Source of the DNA: Camelus dromedarius
Taxonomy: Eukaryota
Length of the DNA stretch: 64,000 nt
Assembly (NCBI RefSeq): GCF_036321535.1
Contig: NC_087447.1
Coordinates: 39,062,001 to 39,126,000, forward strand
Direction of reading: 5' to 3'
The notes beneath the pieces were generated by a model. That model was not told the origin of the DNA and searched no databases. It saw nothing but the letters and a program-made list of their open reading frames with translations. Position 1 is the stretch's first letter; each line of letters starts with the position of its first letter. Of the stretch, positions 51,461 to 64,000 are shown piece after piece. A program made the position numbers and the translations under genes.

Positions 51461-53214
51461 GGTGGGAGGACTCAAAGGCAAATACTTATTTTGTTTTTGC
51501 TTTAGCTTTTTCATTTTCATTTTTTGTGTATATGTAATATATACATAGTACTGGTGTGACATATATGTGCATTATTTACGTACATATACATATATATGTG
51601 CAGCTGCTCAAGTTAGTTGAACCGAAATGTATTAAGAAAGGAGAAAAATGTCATATTTTAGAATAAAAGTGGTACGACATCTTTGGTCATCTTTGCTTCC
51701 CAAGTGAATGATAGTTTTTAAAAGTAGCTTTGTATACTTGTTGGTTTTGAAATTGTTTGATGAGTACTTTGAAAAATTACTTACAAAAGTAGATTATTTG
51801 GAGTAATTTCTTTCCAAATATGAAAGTGCCGCACATTCATGCAATTTGAAACAGTTAGCAAATAGCAAAGAAGAAAATGGTATCATGATCCCGTGATCCA
51901 GTGATAATTGTTTCCAGTCACAAACACATGGGCGTGCACACATGTACACACACATACACAATTGAGATCATTCTGTATGTAATGACTTAATTTTTTTTAT
52001 TTTGAGAAATTAAAAGAAAATTTAAATAATATAACCAATACATAACTAGATTTAAGAATTAACATTCCGTTTCTCCTCCCCCTCCTCTTTCTCCCCTTCT
52101 ACCGTAAATTCTTTGATAAACATATTTCTTGGGATAAAAATTTTGAAGTAGGATTCTTGTGTCAAAGTGTATGTATGATTCCTTCCAGGTTTTACAATTT
52201 GTATTCCTACGAGCCTTGAGTAGCCATTTTCTCTGTTCTTTAGTCATCACTGGTTATCATTAAAACAAAATAATCAACAAACTTTCGACAATTTGATAGG
52301 TTGAAAATCTCAGATTTAAGTTGAATTTCTTATGTTACTGATGAGGTTGAATATTTCCTCTTTCCCCTTTTTTAGCAACTAGTCCTTTATTGCTAGTTTA
52401 TGAACTTTGCCCATTTTTCCATCATAATCAGATTTTTAAAATATTGATTTATAAATATTCCTTATATATTTGATTTTAATCCTTTATTTTTTATTGTATG
52501 CATTTTTATAGTTTTTCATTTATCTTTTGTAGTTTGAATTTTTATGTAGTATAATGTAATGCTTCTTGCAAGTTGGTCTGCAGTCCTCATTCTGATTCGT
52601 GATGAAGTTTTCACTAGTTTTTGCTGAGAATGTTAGCATGAAGTGGCTGACTGCATATTCCTGTTTCTCCTACTTAACAGTCGTTGACTTGATGTTTTTC
52701 TCTGTTTTGAGGCTTAGATATTCGTTATTTATTCTGAGTCAGATAAATGTTCATTTATATTTTCTTAATTCTTTACAGACTTGTGTTCTGTTTGAATTTT
52801 TTAATGTGGAATTTGGGAGAGAGAATATGTGAGGAGGGAAAGGCTCTTTTGCTCAGATAGTTAACCTGTTAATATTTTAGAACCTGTCTGTCTAACTTTG
52901 AATCTGTCTTTCATCTAGCAATCTATCTTCGTGATTTGAAATGCAACCACTAGCACTTTTTATTTTTTGGGCATAGCATTTTGATGGGTTGTGGATTAAA
53001 TCTGAGAGAGAGTATAGTATGGTAGAAAAAAACACTGAATTTGACTGTAGAGATGCATACCTGAGTCCTAGTTTATTTATTAGCTATTATTTATTTGAGT
53101 GTTTCTTTGTGAGCACAATATTTTGTCTCAAGGCAAATTTTTGATTTCTTAAAATGAAATGTTTAGAGAAAAAATAACTTGGCAGAGAAGGTGCTGATAC
53201 TCTGCCTCTTGATA

Positions 53215-53380
53215 AGCTGGCATATATAGTAGTTACTAGCCATATGTGTATTGAAATTTAAGTGAATTAAAATGGAAAATTAAGAATTCATTTTTTCAAT
53301 TGTACATTTCAAGTGTTTAATATCTACTTTTTGGACAGTGTAGACATTATCACACAGAGTTCTTTTGGGCAGTATTGCAG
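53215..53380. mobile_element. hAT-Charlie MITE (MER3/MER33-like) remnant
   Basis: gtagttactagccatatgtg...tttcaagtgtttaata...ttggacagtgtagacatt...gttcttttgggcagt. Confidence 0.65.
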
Positions 53381-54962
53381 TCTAGAACTTGAATCATACT
53401 TAGGACTTTATCTGCCTTCAATTCAGTATTCTAGAAAAACAAGCAAAAATCTGAAAGGAAGAAGGTAATGGAATAATGAATGTGTCAAAATGCAACAGCA
53501 CATTAAAAGTTGTATAAAAAATATTTAACTTAAAATCCTCTCAGAGAAAAAAAGCATTGTTTAAAAGTCTGACTTTGTTTTAAGAGTCATGGAGGAAAAA
53601 ATAAAACATTGAATCTGACTTTGTTTAAAGGGTGCTGGTTCTTAGAAGTTGAGTGTAATCTCCTTTGATTTAGGCACTTCATCAGCTTATTGGAGATTTA
53701 CCTATATTAAATTTTATGTCAAGGTGATTTGCTTCAACTGATGTTTCCAGTTTTGAAGGCAATACTGTTTAGTCATAGAGGAGAATATACACTGCAGAAA
53801 ATAAAACATTGAGATTTTTAAAGAATATTTTAAAAATCATATATGCCTTTTAGTGAGATTTAAGAACGACACTATAAACAGCATCTTGTTCTTCATAATG
53901 CTATTCATGTAATATAGATATTTAGAAAATGCTTAAGATAGGGAAAGATTTTCCAACACTTATTGTGCTGTTCAAGAAAAAAACAAATTTTCTTGAAGTT
54001 TCTTGAAGTATTAAATGCTTTGAACAAGAAGTAAGCAGAATTTCAGTAGAAATTCTATAAATGTGATCAGATCAATTAGAGATTTTATCTCCAGATCACC
54101 TCTAAAATGTCAAGGGCTGATTATGAGCCAACTTTGGAAGTCTTCAATTTTGGTGGTTTTGATAAGGAGACTCTATAAATAAAGTACCCTACTTTTAATG
54201 GAAATTTCATACAATTTTGTTAAATCTGTTTGTTAGGGTATCCCTAGCAGTTAGCAAAATGCCTGAAAAGGTGTGAAGTACTAATGAATAGGTTTTGAAT
54301 GAAAGCATAAATCAATTGAATTTGATATCATGGAGCTAGTTACATAAAATTTAGTCAGCTATAATCTACTATAAAAATATCCTAAATAAAGTTCTCAGCT
54401 TTATTTACTTGCCTTATTTTAACTCAGCAAATCAGAAAAGTACAAGCCTTGATAGTTGAAAATGCTTCTGTGAGATTTAGACAGGCAGCTTTGAGGAATC
54501 TTTTGGGAAAATTAGGGGTCATTTGGTAATACCTTTAAAAATGTTTTCAGGAATAATAGTTATGCTTTCCCTCCTTTAACACCACTTTCTTGTGTGTTTC
54601 CGAAGAACAAGTTTTGGCATTAGAAATTGAATTGTTACAATTTTTCCTCATTTAAGGGTGAGATTCACATGATTGGTGGGTATGACTATACAATACTATT
54701 CTTTTTTAAGACAAGCACCTAGGTTGCAAACTTCCTATAAATCTTCATAATTTGTATTTTGTCTTTAGTAGTGGATTTTGTTGAAAGAAACTGAAGAACA
54801 TTTCATTTATCTTAATTTTATTAATTAGAACATTTTGTAAAAACTTACATACAACTTGTTCTAAGCTCTGGAAACACAAATGAGTCATACTTTGTTCTTG
54901 CCCTCAAGGAGTCTTACAGTTTAAGGAGAGACATGTGGCAGAAACATCCTACCAGTGCATAA

Positions 54963-55454
54963 TGATGGGGTTCAGAGCTTCTACCCCAAAATATGGTACC
55001 TTGGCATATTGAATACCTTAAGCTGAAGGAATTAAAGCAACAGCATGTGCTGGAGGAACTTTCTGACCTGCCTCTGTAGCAAATCATACAACCCTCATGA
55101 GAGGTGTCTTCCCTGTACCCAGAGAAAAAGCATTTTTAGCTCCAAAGGTGAAGGGACACAGGCATCTGAACAACAGATAATGCTAATAAGTTTCCCTCAA
55201 TTTTCTAAACTCAGTTCCTACTCTTTGTCCTGGTGTATCTTTCCATGGTTTTCCACTCTTTATCAAACTTGGCATAAGAACACTCAAGTATAATTGTTTC
55301 CTCAGGTCTTTATCGCCTTAGGAATGCTCCAATGTCACGTAAAACTTACATTAAATAAATTTGTATGCTTCTCTTGTTAATCTGTCTTTTGTTACAGGGG
55401 CCCCAGTTGAGAATTTAGAAGGGTAGGGGAAAAAGATATTTTTCCTCCCCTATA
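54963..55454 (+). mobile_element. ERV1 solo LTR (MER34/MER39-like)
   Basis: tgatggggttcagagc...taccccaaaatatggtaccttggcatattg...aataaatttgtatgcttctcttgttaatctgtcttttgt...tttttcctcccctata. No clear TSD. Confidence 0.75.
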
Positions 55455-56064
55455 GTATGTATTGACCATATTTAAGCAATCAAAAACAAAAGCAAAACTA
55501 TACTTAAGTAGTGAAATTAAACAAAGAAGAAAATTTCTGTAACAAATCCATTTCCAAATACTTTATGTTAGCCCCTCCTCCACAATATTAGGAAAGCAGT
55601 ATATTCAGATCGTATAAGGGATACAATGAAAAGTAAGTCTCTTATTCCGGTCTTTCCCCAGAGGCAACTAGTTTACAAGTTTTATGTGATATTTGTAGAC
55701 ATTTTAAAAACATGTAGAAACACAGATGAGTGCATATATATTTAAAAAATACATTGGAGTACATAATGCATATCTGTACCTTGCTTTTCAGCATACCATT
55801 GTATCTTGGAATATTTTGTCAGTATCTGTCTATCTCATTTTTACTTGTTGCATGATATTGTGCAGTTTTAACCAATTCACTTTTGAGAAACATTTAGATT
55901 GGTACTAAGTTTTTGCTGTGACAAGTAGTGCTATGAAGTCAAGGAGAGAAAAGAGACATATGTGGTTTATGTGTATGTGTGTTTTAGTATAGTAATATGT
56001 ATAATTACAACAAGGGTTGAGCAGAATCTTAAACTTTTAGTGTCATATATCGGTAGAATGTGTT

Positions 56065-56512
56065 GGACAATTTGATGGACTCTAAGGTAGTTCCCATGAT
56101 CCCTGCCTTCTGGTGTTCAAGCCATTGTATAATCCCGTCACCTTGAGTGTGAGTAGAATTTGTGACTTGCTTCTAACCAAAAGAATGTCTTAAAGATAAT
56201 GGGATATTACTTCCTTAATTATGTTACATAAGATTCCAATTTGCTAGCCAACTTGCTGTCTCTACATCATTGGCTTTGAATGATGAATTGTTACAATCAT
56301 TCAAAGGAAAGAAATCCTTACTATCTCAGTAACCTTGGAAGTGGATCCTTCCCCAGTTGAGCCTCCAAATGAGTATCTAATCATGATTGACACCTTGATT
56401 GTAGCCTTGTAGAAGACCCAGCTAACCTATGCCAGATTCCTGACCCACAGAAACTAAGATAGTATGTGTTACTATAAGCCCCTGAGCTCCTGGTAATTTG
56501 TTATATGGCATG
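56065..56512 (+). mobile_element. MaLR LTR (MLT1E/F-like)
   Basis: ctctaaggtagttcccatgatccctgcc...ccttgagtgtgag...gtgacttgcttctaaccaa...gtggatccttccccagttgagcctcc...ttcctgacccacagaaac...ggtaatttgtta. Confidence 0.82.
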
Positions 56513-57729
56513 GAGGCTGCTATGTCCAAAAGGAAGGAAAATTTAAGCTTCTTGGCTACAGCAGGAATATTCTTATAAATGTAACTGAAGGAGTTTTCAC
56601 AGAGGTTAGAAACTGGGCTTAATTGGTCTGTACTTCCAGAGATTAAAACTTACTTTTAAGCTAACAGTGAAATATTTCTCTTAGTTAACTATAGGAATCT
56701 TAGTTACTAGAGGAATGATATAACTTTTAAGAAATTTTTAAAAAAAATTTATTTTTATTGAAGTGTAGTTGATTTACAATGTTAATTTCTGGTGTACAGC
56801 AGAACAATTCAGCTATACATACATATATATTTTTTTCAGATTCTTTTCCATTATGTTATTACAAGAAATGGAATATAGTATAACATTTTGATTTAGCTCC
56901 TAAAACTCACCAGCTATTGTGTCCAAAGTATGTGGCTCTTTGATGAACCTGTAGAAGTTTAAGGAATTTTTTACGTTAAGTAGAACAAGGGAGGGTCAGG
57001 TGTACCCTGGAGAAATTAGGAAAACTCAAAATGAGTAGAAATCCTACCCCTAAAATTCTTCCTTTTTTCCCCTGTGTTGTGATTATTTTGTTTTTTTTTT
57101 TTTAACTTGGCATGGATAATAACACATTCATCATTTTATTCCAACTATCTAGCACATTATAGATGCACAATAAATGTTGAGTGACTGTCTAGGAATTCTC
57201 ATTGTCTCCTGTGGTCTCAGAAGGCAAAAAAGAAAGTCATGAATTGAACTAATGAAGTAATACGCAAAATTTGTATTTGGTAGTCTTCTAGAGGAAGTGA
57301 GCAGTATGCCCAGAACTGTGTTATTATATGAGATGCCCTGTCTCATTTATTCTTTATAGTAGTTTGATTGGCAGTTGTTAGTAAGATTAAATAAAGGTAA
57401 TGAGAATTGTATTATTTTGTTCATTTCACATTAAAGGAAATTAAAATCTTAGAGGTTAAGAATCTTGTACAAAGTCATATAACTAGTTTTATCTGATTCC
57501 AAAACCTTTTTTATTGGTCACTATTGTGGCAGAAGTAGAAAAGTTCTCATTAGTTTTCATCATTGAAAACTTAATGTGTGTCGTTTATGGTAGTGAGAGG
57601 ATGGCTGTTGATTAAGTATGCCTGAGATGACAATGGGGGCAGTATGATTTGGGGATTTTGATCAAAAAGTGGTTTAATTATGTCATACTAATATGTTTGA
57701 TCCTTGTAAGTATTAAACATCTCTGCTGC

Positions 57730-59345
57730 TATTCTTTTTAAATTTACATGCAATATTATTCTCTTTCTGGTATACAGTTCTTAGGAGTTTTGACAAAGGC
57801 ATACAGTTGTGTAACTGTCACCACCACAATACAGATACAGAATAGTTCCATCACCCCTCCGCCCCCACCATTACTTTGTGCTATTCCTGTGTAGTTCCCC
57901 CTGGCTCTAACCTCTGGCTGCTCTATTCTATATCTCTCTATTTTTGTCCTTCTAACAATATTAGAGAAATGAATTCAAATGGTGTGGAACCTGTAAGACT
58001 TGCTTCTTTCACTTGCAGTGCTTTTGGAATTCCATTTTGTTGAGTGTATCAGTAGTCACTCCGATTACTTACGTTGTATCATTAGATGTTCTTCCACCTG
58101 TGTCTGCAGAGCTCTTCGTTTTTCTTCAGTCTTTCTTTCTCTCTGTCCTTTGGGTTAGGTAATTTCTGTTGATTTGGTTTCAAGTTCCTTGAATTTTTTT
58201 CTTCTTTTTGTCCAACTGCTGTTGTGTCCATCTAGTGAATTTTTTATTTTGTTTTTCTTTTTAATTGGAGCTGAATTTTTGTGTTTTGTTTCCACTTTTT
58301 TATTGAGATTCCCTTTCTGCCACTCATCAAGACCGTTTTTAAATTTTATTCTTTGAATATACTTTCCTTTAATTGTTTAAATATATTTATTAGTATGTGC
58401 TGTAAAGTCTTTGCCAAATTCTACATCTGGACCCACTTGAAGTCATTTTCTGTTGACTTCCTTTTTACCATCTTGTTTCTTTGAATTTCACAATTTTTGA
58501 CTGAAATTTTTGGTTTTCTCTGAGGATTGTCAGTTTTTTTTGTTCTGGTGGACCATTAACTTACCTGGACTCAAACTACAGACTTCTGTTTCCTACACAT
58601 TTTGAAGCAGCTAATATCTGTACTGAGTACTTTTTTTCAAGCTACTTGTTTTTAACTTGATCTCCTGGGGAGTAGGGTATGGAGGGTTCTTCAGCACCTG
58701 TGTAATTTGGTGGTCAGCCAAAAATTTGGGCAGAGATTACACTCAGATTTTGGGGCTCACTTGCCTGGTGGTTTCTCTACTTCTGGAAATTCCCTCCTAA
58801 TATCTATTTTGTTGGCCAGTGGTGGTCTCTGTCCCCTGACACCCCAAGCTAGTAAGGGCTTCAGCTTTCTGCTGCTTAGGCTGTATACTGTTGGGGAATA
58901 CACTCAAAGTTTCAAACTTACATCTTATGCCATGCAGCTTTCAGTTCATCTGTACTCTACTGTAGAGGCTACCTGGGGTCTCCCTTGTGCATCTGTAATT
59001 TAACTGAGCAGAATTTATGCTCAGATATTGGGTCTCACCTCTTTATGGTTCTTTCATTCCCAGTGTGTCTGCCTTAAATTTCCAGCTGCACTTCTAGCCC
59101 TGAACTATTTTCTCTACTTCTTTGAGCTGTATGGCTGCCTGGTTTCCTTCACCATATTTGTAGGAGATGGGAAGGGCTCTCAACATAAAAACTTTAAAAT
59201 GATCTCGCGGTTTTGTTTCCTTCCAGTTGTGGTTTTTCAACAGTAAGCTCTTCTTTCACTAACTGTATGTTTCAGGGGCATTTTCCAAAACAGTGCTTGA
59301 AAACAATTTTTAAAAATTTTGTCCAGATTTAAATAAGTATTATCT
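57730..59345 (-). mobile_element. Old LINE-1 fragments (L1M-type)
   Basis: tacagttcttaggagttttgacaaa...gaatagttccatcacccc (3' end), followed by T-rich antisense ORF1/5' region remnants. Confidence 0.6.
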
Positions 59346-62300
59346 GCAGGAGACTCCCATGATCAATTCACTCAACTATTTTTGCAGGAGATTCCTTCTT
59401 ATCTCTTTTAGAGATTGCTTCCACCTGTTCTTTTTCTTTCACAATTGTCTGTGGTAATATTCAGTCCCTCCAGCTTCTCCAGTTCTTGATGTAGCTAAAA
59501 ATTATTGTTCAGTTCCTTATCAATTTAAGGATTTATCTTACACTTAGAATGGGTTAGCTAGCAATCATGAGTAAACTATTAAAAACTTAGTAGAATTTTT
59601 TCAAAGCTTTCATTGTGGTTATATTTATACCATATATGTATAGTGTATTTTGTGCCTTTTAAGGTGGTACAGTCTCTCTTTTATGCTTAGAAGGAAGGAG
59701 GCTCATCAAATGATCCCTTAAGTTTCTGGACCTTCAGAAATTTTTCCTCCATCTAGACCTTGCTGAATGTGTTAACATTCAGGTGTTCACTCTTTTGTCT
59801 GCCAGTCTCAAGTGATTCATTTGGTCTGTGGGGCTGTCTCTTTTTTGGTCTTTTCCACATAGGAAAGGTTACCTTAGAACACTTTGCTAGCTAAGGTGCC
59901 TTCTTGACTACCTCTTGGCCAGTTTCTACCATCCACTTCTCTGGCTGTTTGGTTTCCTAAGCCGCTGAAGGCAATGGTAGGTTCCTGACCTTGATATCAT
60001 TATGTGATTCTGTTCTTTTCACTGCTTTCCCACTCTTACCTTTCTCTCCAGGAACCGTCACACTTGAATTACAAAGTTTGCAATGTTTGAAAGATAAAAA
60101 CAATTTCATTTTAATGGAAAAGCTCTTCTCTAATGACACTATTGAGAGAGTCATCTCAATAGGATGGACAAAGCCACAAGTTGGCAGAGGTTTAAAAGAG
60201 ACATCTGTTGGCAATAAGGAGCAAATATATGAATTTCTGTGTACCTTGCTTGTTACATTGGAAAGAGCATGGGCTTTCAGTTAGACTGGGATTCTCATCT
60301 TAGCCCTAAGATTTCCTCATCTGTGAAACAGGATAACAGTATTGGATCGTTTTGAGCTTTAGACAGGAAAAATACCCTAGCATACTGATACATAGTAAGG
60401 ACAAAATTGTCTCCATATACTATTGTAGTATTTTTTTTTAAACTCTTCTATGGATCTGTGCCTTTAATTAATACTACCTGGAAATAGTGTCCCAGGGAAT
60501 ATTTACTTATGATACTGTAGTGTTGAAGATTCTACCCCCACCCCTGCCCCGCTTTTTTAAGGTAGGAATATCCAAGAGGAGAAGTAATTGAATCACTTTT
60601 TCCTGATTGATTTTTGGCAGTTTCCTGAATGCATGCCTCTAGCCAATAGGTCTAGTTATTCCAGCCTCTGTACAGATTATTTCTAGATTATTTAGAATTT
60701 ACATTATTTATGTCATGCCTAAAAATAGTAATGAAACTGTTACATATTTTCTAAGAGCTCTGTTTCCAGTAGTCCAGTAATTATTTTTTGATGATTACAA
60801 GATCCAAACAAGATTTTTAGTTTACCTAATATGAGGTAGACATTGGGTTTCCAAGTGTCAGATTTTGAAGAACTTTTTATGGTACAGAATTTAGATCAGG
60901 AAATGAAGAGCCATTAAAAGTTCTTAGAAAGCTAATTCTGATTGCAGCAAAGCAAATATGGAATTGAATGGTGGTAAAGAGGTCAACCAAGAAGCTTATT
61001 GATAGATGTTAAGGATTTAAATGAAGGCAGCAGCATTATGATTGATCGGGGAGAGGAGTCAAAGGAAACATCTGAAGTAGACTTGATGTTAGGAAGTGAA
61101 AAGTCAAGGATAACTTCAAGATTTTTGATTCAGTGAATAGAGTTGACACTAGTTGATGTGAGAGGCCAAGATAGAGTCTGGCTGTGTTGAATATGGGGTG
61201 CCTATTGAAGAATTCAGATAGAGATAATGAAAACAGTGCATGTAGTATTTAAAACCTGATGTTCTAAGGGTTTGATCCTCGTTTCTTTGACTGCTATCTG
61301 CCTGACCTGGCAGATAAAGATGGAATCCTCAAGGACACCCAAGATTTAATGGGGATGAAGGGTGGGGTTATGGTGCAGTACTATCCAGATAAGAGATACA
61401 GGAGTGAGTGGTATAGAGCTGTTAGCAGAATCTTTTTTTTTTTCCCTTACTAGGGTGAGTTTTTCGAGCACAGGAACGATATCTGACTTGCTTTGGCATC
61501 TGTAAATTTCTTAGCATATTGTATTAGGTGTTCAATAAGCATATGAATGAACGAATGAAATAAGACATGTAATGTAAATCTAATGTCACTGAGTGTGGCA
61601 CTCTAGATTGGTTAAAATATAAAAGATCATTAGACATTTCAAAATAGTGTATAATATGTCATTTGCCTTTTATCTATTGGTAGTTATATCTATAGATTGT
61701 TGATAACATTAAAAAATAAACTAACATGTGTAGACAACCACAGGCATATTTTTTTCCAAATATCTCAACTTGAATTTCACTTGTTTTTAGTGTGTTTGTA
61801 ACCTTACAAGTGAGTGAGGAGTGAGGAATGGGGTGAAATCCTTCAAATGCTATCTAAGTTTTACTGACAAACAAGACGTAAATATGGCTTTCCAATTCTT
61901 TTTAGATAGCCTTCACCAGAACATTTGACTTTTCTGATAGCCTTCATCAGAAAGTTCTGTATTTTCTTGTGGCTGACTGTAAAATACATGTTGTTAATTT
62001 CAGTAAGGTTGATTAGGAGTACATAATGCTGTTTCCCTGCTTCTAGATATTGCCACCAACTGTAAAATTGTGGAAAATATGAATCAGAGTTTACCTTATT
62101 CATTCCTTGTGGATTTTTTCAGTCCACATTTTTTTTAAATCACTGTTCGCCATGGCTTAGGATCATTCTTTCCTCATTGGACATCTCTAGGCTTCCAGAG
62201 TGTGCCTTATAGTTAAGAGTTACCAGATAAGTGCCCTTTTAAAGAAATGTTAATGGCTGAAATAGCTTACTTAATAGACCTATCCAGTAAGGAGAAAATG

Positions 62301-63384
62301 CTCTACATCTCGTTCTACAGAACCTGCTAAATAAGCCTCTCTGCATCTTTCTTTTCCCTTCTTATCAGTTTTCTGTACTATTCTTTTTTACCTTTTGTGT
62401 GTCTCTTGGTCTGTGACCATTTTTTCCTATCTGACTTTATCCTGTCTCTCTGATTTGTTCTGTTTCACCCTTCTGCTTCATCTTTTCAGCACAAAAAACT
62501 AGCTATAATATCAAATTGAAATTTTAAAGTATCCTCTTCAGTAAGTATATTTTTATTTTTATAATTAAAAACTCAAATGAGATTTTTGTTTTCAAAATAG
62601 TTTTACGACAAGTTTTTATGTTCATCTGATATCTGACTGATTTTTAATCATTCAGCAATCCTTAAGGAAGGGTTTCCTTTTCCAGAAGCATTCAGCAAAT
62701 AAACTGTGGCATTTGCTAAGAAATTTGAATTAGCCATTGTACAGTTCTTCTCCTTTTATTACTTTTATTTCACTCATTGATCTAACTACCTCCTTATTTA
62801 CATATGTATTATATTAAAATTCTCACTATGAGATTTTCAGTTGTTTTGGAAAGAAGTTACAAAGTAACTATGAGGGAAAAATTATAAAATAGCAAAATAA
62901 TCTCTAAAATGAGTGTTTATTCTAATGAGCTCTGAGATAGACTCATAATTTTAAAGAGTTTATACCCTTGACATTTTTTGGTGAAGTTGTACTGGAATAC
63001 CTGTGCAATTCAGTGAGGTACAATATTTTCCTAATTCTGGATTCCCTTTGACTTTTGTCTTCGGTGGAGAATGTGAGCATCCATCCTGTTACCTCTCATC
63101 CCTTAGATTTCCATGCACAATTCCCCCCTCACTTTCCTCTATCAAATCCAGCTTGGAAAAGTATACAGAAAGCATACAGGAGTGGGTGTCAGGAAACCTG
63201 AGTTCTAGTTCAGTTTATATAACTTTGTTCAAATTGTTTAACCTTTTTTTTTTTTTTCCGGTGTTTGCAATCTCTAGAATTCAAATCTGACATACTGTTT
63301 TCAAACAAAATACTCCATTCTGAGCATTTTTCAAGATCAGGACTTTATTCTATATAAAGAATATATAAGTTCTCATTGTTCTTT

Positions 63385-63560
63385 ATAATCCTGATGTTTA
63401 CTAGCATTGTGACCTTTGGCAAAGTTACTAAACTTCTGTTTTGTATTCTGTGTATGGTAATTACAATACCCACCTTATAAATTGATTGTAATGATTAAAT
63501 TGTATTGTGAAAATACTTTTAAGTGCTTAGTTCAGGTATTCTGTAAAGCTGTTTATTGAG
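63385..63560 (+). mobile_element. MIR SINE fragment
   Basis: aatcctg...ttactagcattgtgacctttggcaaagttactaaacttc...tgattgtaatgattaaat...aagtgcttag. Confidence 0.7.
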
Positions 63561-64000
63561 TTTTCTTATAATTTCAGATGACCGTTATAAAAATAAGTGA
63601 TAAGCCTTACATATGAAAAGGCATAAAGTATATGAATCATATTGATAAAATGTTATTGTGATAACTGCACTGTAAGAAAACATCAGAATGTTTACATACT
63701 TGTAGTTTTGAACAAATATTAAATTTATATTCAGGATCTTTTACTTGGTTAAAGAAATAACATTGTTAGCTGGTCTTACTAGATGCTTTATTAAGCATAT
63801 TAAACTTATAGTAATTAAGAATTGTATTCTAAATGAAATGTCTGAAAGAATCATTCTGTGGAATTCTTTCTGTCTCTTTTGATTCTATATTAATGTTTGG
63901 AAACATGAGGTACCCAGATGGTAGTTAAGTATGTTTACTAAATACAAATAGCACATTATTAAAATACTGTATAGGAGTAACAACTTTAATAGGAGAACCA

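Noticed and set aside
61861..62103. 80-aa minus-strand ORF with a 17-bp near-direct repeat (gatagccttca(c/t)cagaa at 61905 and 61936)
   Set aside because: No recognisable homology or splice context; consistent with chance or a small local duplication.
39562..64000. BTBD10 coding exons
   Set aside because: No ORF resembling the BTBD10 N-terminus or BTB domain was recognised; the first coding exon probably lies beyond the window.

Overview
Mammalian genomic DNA, most likely camelid (three tRNA-derived SINEs of the Vic-1 type and camelid-like young L1 3' ends). The only complete protein-coding gene is parathyroid hormone (PTH) on the + strand. It has a non-coding exon 1 (~27260-27354) and coding exons 29013-29098 and 29215-29476, giving a 115-aa preproPTH, with a poly(A) signal at 29702. 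About 10 kb downstream is a CpG-island promoter (~38560-39950) with GC boxes, two TTCTCGCGAGAA palindromes and a (GCC)12 tract. By synteny this is probably the 5' end of BTBD10, whose long first intron would fill the rest of the window; I saw no BTBD10 coding exon. The remainder is mostly transposable elements: nested L1s, L2, MIR, CR1, MaLR/ERV LTRs and a decayed ERV1 gag-pro-pol right behind PTH. I found no evidence of a new multi-gene biological system. The most unusual structures are a young L1 that keeps its 5'UTR, ORF1 and 3' end but lacks almost all of ORF2, an exact 86-bp inverted templated copy between two old L1s, and a solo LTR with an intact-looking promoter upstream of the CpG island. 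Repeat family names and cross-species comparisons are from memory, not from database searches.
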